Below are positions 50,585 to 61,200 of a stretch of DNA of 64,000 nt, piece by piece; position 1 is the first letter of the stretch; each line of letters opens with the position of its first letter. The translations under genes were made by a program, and so were the position numbers. The stretch is from Azolla caroliniana (taxonomy: Eukaryota > Plantae > Polypodiophyta): NCBI GenBank assembly GCA_043228905.1, contig JBHGNT010000002.1:20770001-20834000 (forward strand), given 5' to 3'. Below the pieces are notes generated by a model, which searched no databases, was not told where the DNA came from, and saw only the letters and a program-made list of their open reading frames with translations.

Positions 50585-51811
50585 CGCTGGTCGCTTATCG
50601 TAGCTCTTCGCCGAAAACCGTGTTAATCCTTAGGGCCGGACAATGGCCTAACACAAGGTGTCTCCGGAAGACACTTCACCAAAGGGGTGTTACAACGAGG
50701 TAACTTAAGACACAACGATTAATCCGACTTAATCGGCTACTTAACAATAAGGCCTTCACTTAATACACGCGTAAGATATAACAATTAACACAGAACGGTA
50801 ATCAATACGTGACGATAAAACAAGAAGCTTATATTAATTCTCTGTTAAAGTTTTACATTGTAACCGGGCCTTTATATAGGTCACTGGTGTTGCGTACAAA
50901 ACGGTGCCAACCGGCACCTGTTCGGAACCGGTCCGGATCCAGATCGGCATACCGATTCCGGTCCGTCCGTTCACTAAATAATTATACCAAATCTCTATCC
51001 ATGAATCAAGAATTAGCCCCGGTATCTACGAGTGTTGGGACATGAATTGGATGGTTGCTCATAGTACTAACTTCTAGTTGAGCTGAGAACACCTTGCTAA
51101 GTTGTGTAGAAGAAATGGAACCACTAATGGGTTGCATAGATCCAGAGCTGTCCAACAAACATATTCTATTTTGGCTAGATTTAATCGTTTAACTCTTCTT
51201 CTAATTGGCGTAGAACTTCAAATTTTTTTGATAAACTTGGACTACTAGGATTATTAGATACTCCTAATGGAATAGACTCAGGTTTATCAATAGCAACTAC
51301 TTGATTTGCCTTTCGTCTTGGCCTATGTAGACAATTTATTGCAATATGCCGTAGCCCACCACAATATAAACATACACGGTTCACTTGACATTGTTGCTTT
51401 TCTTCTTCTGACAATGGTCCACGACGATGTGGTGTATCGATTTCCATTGGTGTTGGTGCATTTGTAGAAGATGTATTATATGATTCCTTTGAGAAGGGTT
51501 TTGCTACGATTGAAGCGCACGTGGGCTCCGATATTGTCCTTGGCATTTGTTGTTGTCGTTTTAAACATTGCTCAAAAAACCTATTATGAGATCACAATGC
51601 TCGACTAATTGCCTCTGTGAGTGACTTTGGTTCTTCTGGAAATGTCAAGAATAAACCATTCACATCATTGCATAGTCCGAACCGAAATTGCTCCATCAAT
51701 GCTTGGTCTTCCTATGGAATATCAGCTGCAAGTAGACAAAAATCAATGTAATAAGCTCAGGTAAGACGATCTCCTTGATGCAATCTTTGGATTTGATTGA
51801 TTTCTATTCAA

Positions 51812-52391
51812 TGACGTGGAAATGACGTTCGGCCACAACCGAGTCATAAAACAACGAATGGAAGAGAGAAAACTGAAAATAAGATGACACAGAACGTTAA
51901 CGTGGAAAACCCTAAATGGGAAAAACCACAGGAGCCCATAGACTCCAACTATCACTATGAGGGGAGGAATACAATGTGAGACTCAGAGGCAACGACCTCG
52001 AGCTCTATGTCTTCGCCAGTCGGCGGTTACAACAAAAACTAGTTCTGTATCTCTCTCTCTCTCTCTCTCTCTCTCGCTTTCTCACTCTCTGTGTATAAAG
52101 ATGATACAACCACTACTACACCATATTCACACAAAGTGATTGCCCTATGTCATATTTATACTTATATGACTGTTGGGCTATTTACAAATATAACCTCAAT
52201 AGGCTAACCATGAAACATATTTACACGTATTTCCTTTGATCTTGTTTGCACCGAATCCATCTGGATTCACTCGATCCAGTTTCCAAGGCTCATCAGGAAC
52301 CCTTCCGGATCTGGTTCCTTCATCTGACTCGTCCAATCCGGCTCCTCCAGTTCTCATCCAGATCCCATCCAGAGGGACCGAATTTCTAACA
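51812..52391 (-). mobile_element. Copia solo LTR inserted in the chromovirus gag
   Basis: TG...CA ends; similar to the LTRs at 5920-6407 and 8275-8742; imperfect TSD TTCAA/TTCTA. Confidence 0.82.
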
Positions 52392-52938
52392 TTCTAGCAC
52401 TATCAATATATCCAAAACACACGTTGAACTCACTAATAAACTCCTCGAAATTATTTAACAAAGGAGATCCTTTTTCCAACAAAGGGGCAAACCATGCTAA
52501 TGTTGTACCGCTAAATAATGTGCCTATTAGCCCCACTCATGATGCATCGGCTGGATATATCAAGAAGGATGCATTTGAATTACCAAACATACTTGGTTGA
52601 GGAACCTCTCTAAACTATGATTGCATTCCATCAAATTTCATGGGAAGACCAATCTTAGGTTCTTTAGGGATCCCTAGAGTACTCAGTTCTTGTTTTTGTA
52701 ATGACACGATAGTTGCTTCCAATTGTTGTACTCGTAACACCAACTCCCTGTGGTGTTGTTGCGTTTGTTGCTTTTCTAGACCTGTAATTTGTTGAAGATC
52801 TCTCAACAAACGTTGATTTTCTTGTTCTAATGCTACAAACTTTTCTTTCAAGCATTGAAGCTACGATTGCCATTAGTACTTGAGGAAGGATAAGAAGACA
52901 AATTTAGTTCAATATGTCAAGAACAATACCGGAGAGAG

Positions 52939-53205
52939 GGAGGATTAATACTAGAGATAGAGAGGAGGGAGAGACTTTGAGAGAATCATGAGAGAGATAG
53001 AGACAGGGACAGAGTGTGTAAGAGGGAAGTACGATAACAAGAAGTATATTATATGAAAGGATTAATACTAGAGATAAAGAGGAGGGAGAGACTGTGAGAG
53101 AATCACGAGAGAGATAGAGAGAGAAGGAGAGAGACAGAGACAAAGACAGAGACAGAGTGTGTAAGAGGGAAGTACGATAACAAGAAGTATATTATATGAA
53201 AGGAA
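52939..53205. repeat. About 120-bp tandem duplication within the chromovirus 5' LTR
   Basis: GGATTAATACTAGAGATA...GAAGTATATTATATGAAAGG occurs twice, against once in the 3' LTR. Confidence 0.8.
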
Positions 53206-53714
53206 GGCTTAATACTAGTGTTGAACAGAATTGGTTTTGAGTAATACAATATGCCTCAATTTATAGGATTTTCAGGAGTATTCCTGAAGTTTCTAGAATG
53301 TTCCAAAGTATTCTAGAGTATTACATGAGATTTCTGTAATGAAATAAATATTTTTTATATTAAGATAGTTGTCTTAATGGTAATACCTCCACTTGCCTAT
53401 TATAAGGTCACAAGCTCAATTTGTTTTGAGGCCATATCATGACAACATCCACGTTCGTGCATCGTGTGCACTATACATGATCTCTCTAGTCGACGAATCT
53501 TCAAGTGAGAGTGTTGAGAATCAAACCCAACTTCCCCAATGAAATGGCTTTCACACTAGCAATGGTCACACTAGGCTAGTTTTGTAAATAGCAAAAGGGC
53601 AGTTGCCCTAGGTTAGTTGGTATTTAAACCAACCTTTTGTAACTTAGTTACTGTTGGATGTAATTTATTTTTTGTTTAATATAGCTTCTTGTTCTCTCTC
53701 TCTCTCTCTCTCTC

Positions 53715-53772
<58 letters not shown>

Positions 53773-54034
53773 AAAGCTCTCTGTAAGTTCACTTTGTCCA
53801 TCGTTTTCAATGTTTTATAGCTCTTGGAAAGCTCTTTGAGAGAGCTTTCTAAAGAATGTTCATTTACTGAATTCTGTTACTGTGGCGAGAAGTTATGAGC
53901 ATTTTCATCCGCAGCCATCTTTGCCCCACGGTTCCTCAAACGGAAGGTAGATTTTGAAGCCCTAAATCGAGTGAAAGGTACATTCTCTCTCCTTCCCTCT
54001 CTGTCTCTCTCTTCCCGTAGGGTTTGTCCCTACA

Positions 54035-54904
54035 ATGGCAAATACTCATAAAACCATAGCAAAGTTCGGGGGTATGATTGATAATGAGCCGAGATCACCA
54101 ACAAATCTCAATTCTAATGCAATGGACAAAATGCTAATGAGTCACTTGATTTCTCTTCAAGAAACAATAAACAAGCAAGGTGAAGAGATTAGGATGTTAA
54201 TGAAAGAGAATGCTAAGCTCCAAAGTGTTGTCATTGAGAATGAAAGTCTTAAACAAGTGGTTGCAAAACTTCAAGAAGAGATTCAAGAATGTAAAAGAGC
54301 GTCTTTTGAAACAAATGAGCGCCTTAACAAGATTGAGTTAAAGGAAGCATTAAAAGAAGAAAAATTGGACACGATGAGGCGGGTTGTAAGTGAGATGAAG
54401 AATGTATGTACAACGAAGTCATGGGCTGATGTATGTGGTGGGGATGTGCAAGCAAACTCATCTAATATGCATGTGATGCATCAAGAGAAGAATATAGAAA
54501 GCATAGATGTCCGAGAATTGAAAGAACGTGAACGACGATCAAAGAACATTGTCGTCCGTGGGATTAAAGAAGAGAGTATGGAAACACCAGCATCCCTTGG
54601 AAAGGCCATTGGTGAATTTTTTAGCATGCATTATGGGATGTTAGATGTGAATGTATATGGGGCACACCGAGTTGGGAAACATGGTGTTACTCGCTTCGGA
54701 GAAAGGCCTATTGTATGCACAATGACAAATGATACAAAGCGGCAGATCATACTCGAAAATAGTTGGGTATACCTGAAAGGTACACAATGCTTTGTGAGTG
54801 AAGATCGTACAATCTCACAACAAAATGCTCGTCGTAAAGCATATGAAGAAAGATTAAAAAATAAGGTTACGGATGTGCCTAAAGATGGAAATGTAGCCAA
54901 ATAG
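54035..54904 (+). CDS. LINE ORF1 (coiled coil plus RRM-like domain)
   Basis: 289-aa ORF with SWADV, ERERRSKNIVVRGIKE, AHRVGK..RPIVC and FVSEDRT, typical of LINE ORF1 proteins. Confidence 0.85.
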   Translation: MANTHKTIAKFGGMIDNEPRSPTNLNSNAMDKMLMSHLISLQETINKQGEEIRMLMKENAKLQSVVIENESLKQVVAKLQEEIQECKRASFETNERLNKIELKEALKEEKLDTMRRVVSEMKNVCTTKSWADVCGGDVQANSSNMHVMHQEKNIESIDVRELKERERRSKNIVVRGIKEESMETPASLGKAIGEFFSMHYGMLDVNVYGAHRVGKHGVTRFGERPIVCTMTNDTKRQIILENSWVYLKGTQCFVSEDRTISQQNARRKAYEERLKNKVTDVPKDGNVAK

Positions 54905-54910
54905 GGACAC

Positions 54911-57900
54911 GTGATCTATGAGACTAACCCACGCCTTTTACGACTATGCTTTTGGAATTGCAATGGATACCCATGGAATGCGGGATTTGGCATAGATGAG
55001 TTCACCGATGACTCAGATATCACACTTCTTGTTGAAACATGGGAGCATGATACTCAAAGGATTCAAGGTTTAGGAAACTATAATGTACACTCTTTGATAT
55101 GGAAGAAAAATCCAAGACAAAGAAGAGGACAAGGAGGGGTGGCATGTTTGATTAAGAAGGAAATAGAGAAATATGTGTCAATCATAAAAAATGATGAAAA
55201 TAAATGCTACATATGGCTCAAAATAGAAACACCTAATGATTTGCCCACTTTTGTAGTTGGATGATACATTCCTCATCAAGATTCTAACTTTTATGCTTGT
55301 TTGGATAAAGATAAACCGTTTGCCAATCTAGAAGATGATATTGCTTATTTCAAATCCAAAGGGGAAGTTATTGTCTTTGGTGACATGAATGCTCGTACAA
55401 TAAGTTTCCAACTTGATTCACAAGAATCGTTCATGCCACATATCTCAAGGATGCAAGAGGATATGCAAATGTATAACCGCTCTTCTAGCGATGAAAAAGA
55501 TCCGGACCAATTTGGGAAGTTACTCCTACAAATGTGCAATAGTACCGGATTGCTTATTGCAAATGGTATTTCCTTATGGCCCAACACTAATGGTTTTACA
55601 TGTAGAAAACACAACGGAAATAGTGTGATTGACTATGTGGTACTTTCCGAAGGTATTTTGGATCGTATACATAAATTCTCACTTGGTGAATGGACACCGG
55701 AATCCAATAATAGGCCTTTATGTATTGATCTCAAATGTATGCATAGGTTTTATTGTGAGAAGGCTATTGAAGATAATAAACAACCGCACTTGAGCATGAA
55801 CCTTAAGCGAGCACCCATGTATTCCAAGATGGTTGAGGATATGTTACAAATGACAAAGATACAACATGGTGCCACACTAGAATGCAAATGGGAAGCTTTC
55901 AAGAAAGTCATTCTCTCATGTACAAACAAATGTTTTTCGACCAACCGCACATCTTGGAAATGCACCAAGAAACTTAGGAAAAAATGGTTTGATAAAGAAT
56001 GTCGTGAAGCTCGAAAGTGCCTTATGGTTTTGGATGTAGTTAAGGATAAAGAGAATTACCAAAAGCATTTTCATGAGTATAAAAGGCTTATTCAAAGAAA
56101 GAGAAGAATATGGGAAGTTACTCAACAATTTATCCAAACGCAAGAGAAAGCACATGCATGTGCTAAATTTTGGGGAAATCTAAAGGGGAAACGTGTTGAG
56201 AGTTATGGAGACTTAACTCTTCACGACTTGTCTATGCATTGTAAGAATTTATATGAGTTATCTCTTGCCGGAAAGATGATGTGTTATGGTTTTCTTTCAC
56301 ATATGCCTCCCTTCTTTACAATTGAAGATATATGCATAGGACTTAAGAAATTGGCCTCTCGAAAGGCAAGTGATCTTCAATGTATAAAGGCTGAAATGCT
56401 CAAATGGACGGGAAAGGAAGCACATATATGGATAAACGATATGTTTAATGATGCATTGCAACATGGTATGCCGTACGATTGGACTACAAATTGGATCAAA
56501 CCTTTACATAAAGGTGGAGATATAAATAATGTAAACAACTATCAAACCATGATGGTTGGCTCATTAATGGCAAAACTATTTGGATGTATAATGGAATCAA
56601 AGATAAGTGTATGGGCTGAAAAAAGTGGTAAGAGAGCTTATGGACAAGCTGGCTTTCGGAAACACCATAGCACCATTGATCACCTTATCACCCTTCGAGT
56701 ATTAATGGAGGAAAGTCGCCTTAGAGGTAAAGGTTTATATTGTTGCTTTGTAGACTTCAAGAAAGCTTTTGATATGGTACCTCGTGAGCATCTTTGGAGG
56801 CGAATGGAAGAACTTGAGGTGCCAAGTGAATATATGCTTGCAATTTCCCGAATTTATGAGAAGGTTATATGTTGTGTGCGCATGAGAGATAAACTTTCAG
56901 ATTTTTTCAAAAGCACTATTGGTGTTAAGCAAGGATGCCCACTCTCACCAACACTATTTGGTCTATGCATTGATGAATTGGAAGAAATGGTTACCAAGTT
57001 TGCAAAGGAAGAATGTGTTGAAGAAGTTGCCATTGGGAATATTGTGGTTATGTTTTTGCTATATGCAGATGATGTAGTGCTTTTTGCAAATACTTTAGGA
57101 GATGCACAAAAGCTTATGAAGGCATTAGAAAATTTTTGCATGCATACTAAATTAAGTGTCAATAGCACTAAAACAAAGATTATGCTTGTGAAGAGCCAAA
57201 AAAGAGATAAACCATGCATTATGTACAACAATGAGCCACTTGAATGTGTGGAAAGCTTCAAATATCTTGGCCTTGAAGTTCCTTCAAATCATAGATGGAA
57301 TGAATGTGCTACACGCCACTTAGAGGCGGGTAAGCGAGCATACTTTGCATTTGAGAACACATGCAATCTTGGAGATATTAAGTGTTGGGTCCTCAAGAAA
57401 TATCTTTTCAACACTTTGGTGACACCGGTTCTTCTCTATGGGGTGGAAGTATGGGGAAGTAACATCCCTAAATCTATGTGGAAAGAGTTTGAAAATGTCC
57501 AAAAGCATTTTCTTACCAAGTTTCTACAAGTTAAGAAACAAATGCCCTACACCCTCCTCCTCCTTGAGACGGGATCGCTTCCCATTGAGATCATGGCCAT
57601 CGAAAGGGTTGTTGAATACATGCTTAAGGTTCAAAAAAGTCCCTCACATTGACTTCCTAGAATTGCGTGGGAAGCAAGCAAAAAGATCCAAAAGACGCAT
57701 AAAAGCAAAATTTTGTGTTCCGGTTGGATGCAAGATATAGAAAAATGGTTTGGTAGATGGGATGCGAGACACTTGCTTCATGATGCATCATTAGATTCCT
57801 CTGTAAATGAGGCATTTTTGCAACGCCAATGTATCATGACATGGGACAAATGTGGAGGCTCACGCTTCACACATTATGCTACACATGTTGCACCTAACTA

Positions 57901-58252
57901 CAAAACCATATTCTTTGCGGAACGAGGAAATCATACACATCCATACATGTTAGAACCCATACCGTTATCTACCATTCAAACCATTGCTTCCATGCGACTT
58001 AGCTCACATGCATTGCGATGTGAAAGAGGGCGTTGGGGCACAAGTGATGAGAGTGGTCGGTTATGCACACTTTGCCCTAAACAAGTTCGCGAGTCTGAGT
58101 ATCACACTTTGATACAATGCTCTACCTTTGATCATATTCGACCATGCTTTCCACATCTCTTCGATCAAGCCCAATCTTTGCATGAATTCCTCTCACAACC
58201 ACAATGTGCACTCTCGATTGCAACATTCATTGGTCAAGTTCTTGAACATTGA
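54911..58252 (+). pseudogene. LINE ORF2 (APE endonuclease, reverse transcriptase, CCHC finger) with 2 in-frame stops
   Basis: WNCNG, LVETW, GGVA, GDMNA, SVIDY, QAGFRK, FVDFKKAFD, GVKQGCPLSP, LYADD, FKYLG and CTLC..ESEYHTLIQC; TGA at 55262 and 57650; no frameshifts. Confidence 0.93.
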
Positions 58253-61200
58253 GAGTCACTAGTCACTTTCACATGTATCACGTGAAATGTAATATTTTTT
58301 GTCTCATAGGTCATATTTGACCTCCGAAGAAGATAATATAATCTATCTATCTATCTATCTATCTCGGCTTTACGCGCGCGCACACACACACACACACAAA
58401 CAAACTTCTTTACATGGTATCAGAGCAAATGGTTGTCTGATTAAACTTGCTAACTATGTTGTGCCACACACCGACAATCAACAGAACTAGTTCGATAACA
58501 GAGAAGAAAACGATACTATGAATACTCAGATGGGATGTGCTCTACCCATCGAGAAACTTGACAAAACAAACTTTGCATCTTGGGAATACAAGATGCACCA
58601 ATACCTTGTCAGCCAAGGTTATTGGAGCTACATCGAAGGAGCTCACGAAAACCAACCCAACCCAATAGATGCCGACTAACCAGCATGGGATCAAGCGGCC
58701 AATCGTGTGATTTACTGTCTTGCATCATGCGTTCATGATCCCATGCTATATTCAAGAGGCAAAAACACCAAAAGAAGCTTGGGGCAATCTCAAGAAAATT
58801 TCCGTGGCCAATATGGTTGCGCGCAAACTTCAACTCCGACAGGAGTTGAACAATATACAACAAAGGGATATGTCGATCACCAGCTATACCTTGAAGAGAA
58901 AGGAGTTGTGTGATGCCCTTGGATCGATTAACGTCATCATTGATGATGATGAAATAGTGCAAATATGCCTCGACGGCCTAGCACCACGATTCGGCACGAT
59001 CAGATCGACCATTCTTGTAAGGGAGAATCCTCCCTCCTTTTTCGACCTTCAGCCGATACTGTTGATCAAGAAAATCATGTCCCTGAAAGGAGCAATGTGC
59101 CCAATGGTCAGATACTCTACTCCTAGTCGAATGAGGGAAGAGGATTCAGCCGAGGAAATAGAGGCCGATTCAGTTGAGGCCAACAGGGTTAGTTGACCAA
59201 AGAACATAATTCCTAGCATTGGCAGGAGGCCAAGTACACTCCTAGGGAGTTTAACAGAAGGGGGAGCCATCCTATCAGAGCAAGCCACCAAAACAACCCA
59301 ATCAAATGCGGGTACTGTGGAAAACTCGGCCACTAGGAAGAGGAGTGCCGAAAGAAGAAATGAGAGTCAACATCGACCAGCCGACAACTCATGAACTATG
59401 CCACGAATTCCGATTATAACGATCATGGTGGAATGTTCATAATGAGGCATAAAGTCCCATTCGAGAACGATGGCAAACAAACCTACCTCAAGAATGTTCT
59501 GCATGTCCCAACCATCATGAAACATCTCATCTCTGTCGACCAAATAGTAGAACAAGGCATGCAAATGCGATTCAACAATGAAGGTTGCTTCAATGAAAAA
59601 GACGATTAACTCGTAGCTCACGGTCGATGAGAAGGCTGAATGTTCATCCTCGAGTCAAACGAGGTGTAGTCGGGCAGGTTTGCAAAAGGCCTCAAAGTTG
59701 ACACCGACTTGAAATTGTGGCACAAGAGAACTGGCCACATCAATCTCCAAAAGCTCCAAAACATGCATAAGAAAGACATAACCGCCACAAAAGGAAAACT
59801 CTGATGCTCCACCTGAGAGAAGAACTGGTTAGCCGATTCGGCTACGGCAACTACATGGCATATCACTATGCCTTTATGATGAAGGTGGCAACTGTTCAAG
59901 AACCGGAAAATTTTTCTGAAGCAGCCGAGGATCCATGATGGGTCAAAGCCATGAATGAGGAAATGCAGGTGCTTTGAACAAACGAGACATGGGATCTCGC
60001 TCCCCACTCCACACACAAAAAAGGATCGGTTGCAGGTGGATCTACAAGGTAAAATACAATGTTGACAGTTCGGTAAACCTCTACAAGGCACGACTCATAG
60101 CTAAGGGATATGCTCAAACACACGACATCAACTATGAGGAGACCTTTGCCTAGGTGGCAAAGATGACGACAATTTAGACAATCATTGCACTCGCAGTTGC
60201 TAAAGGGTGACACCTCCATCAAATGGATGTAAAGAACACAGTTTTACAAGGCGAATTAGAAGAGGAGGTCTTCATGATTCAACCATTTGGTTTCGAATTA
60301 ACCAAGCATCCGACCGCAGTCTGCCGACTCAAGAAGTCATTGTATGAACTCAAGCAAGCACCACGTGCTTAGCACTCTAAGGCCACTCAGTATCTTCACC
60401 AAATCGGCTTCTGCATGTCGAAATCGGATAACTCCCTCTACATCAGAAGCGAGTCGGACAACCCGATTGTCATCATCCTTTACGTGGATGATCTGGTCAC
60501 CAGAGGAAAGAATCTACCCACTATTAGTAAGGTCAAATCACTCCTATCCGGAAAATTCAAATGAAAGATATGCACGAGCTCCATTACTTCCTCGGTATAG
60601 AAGTAATTAGGACTCAAGTCAGGATTAGGATCTCTCAGCGGCACTACATCCTCAACTTGCTCTACAAGTTCATGATGACTAAGTGCAAACATGTGTCAAC
60701 TCCTCTTCATCGAAACCTCAAGCTCGATGCCGAATAAGGAACAGAAGAGTGCGAGCCAACTCAGTATCGTCAACTGATTGGTAGATTAATCTATCTTACC
60801 ATTACATGACTCGACCTCAGCTATCTGGTTGGTCTACTCAGCCAATTCATACAGAAACCTCGGGATATTCATCTAGATTGCGTTAAGAGAGTACTCAAGT
60901 GCGTCCATGGGAGGATGGATTAAATCATCATGTACAAGCTAGACACAATCGTCCGACTCGAAGGGTACACAGATGCAGATTGGGCCGACAAATGATCAAC
61001 CTGAGGGTTCGTCTTCTCCATCGGTAGCGGAGCAATCTCCTGGAGCAGTAAAAAGTAGCTGACAATCGCGCTTTTGAGCATAGAGGCCGAATATAGGGTC
61101 ACTATTGTCACTGCATGTGAAGTCGTTTGCCTAAAAAGGATATTGAAGGATTTGGGCATTCCCATCAAGGATCCGATTCTCCTTTACTGCGACAACATGA

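Larger units (their letters stand above)
32167..50986 (-). mobile_element. Non-chromovirus Ty3/gypsy (Athila/Phygy/Selgy-like) with an extra 3' ORF; LTRs 50621-50986 and 32167-43336 (the latter split by a DNA transposon)
   Basis: Near-identical LTRs TGTTAATCCTTAGGGCCGGAC...ATAATTATAC. pol at 50584-46611 has PR IIDGGSG, RT, RH VDASDIAIG and INT YYPQANGLAESTNK. Most of gag is deleted. Confidence 0.9.
30863..53444 (-). mobile_element. Degenerate chromovirus-type Ty3/gypsy (Tcn1/Tf1-like); 5' LTR 52915-53444, 3' LTR 30863-31271
   Basis: Both LTRs begin TGTCATGATATG. gag PKIGLPMKFDG, PTPMEID and CLYCGGLRH..NC; PR LVDTGANS; [21 protein letters not shown]; chromodomain-like remnant at about 31290-31460; PPT before 31271. 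Confidence 0.82.
53770..58365 (+). mobile_element. Near full-length non-LTR retrotransposon (LINE; RTEX-like) with an (ATCT)n tail
   Basis: 5' UTR, ORF1, and ORF2 with APE, RT and a C-terminal CCHC finger; tail ATCTATCTATCT at 58341-58364; inserted at the microsatellite of a copia LTR. Confidence 0.9.

Noticed and set aside
53693-53770. Short ORFs with SLSLSL, ERERER or THTHTH runs here and elsewhere
   Set aside because: Translations of (CT)n, (GA)n and (CA)n microsatellites.
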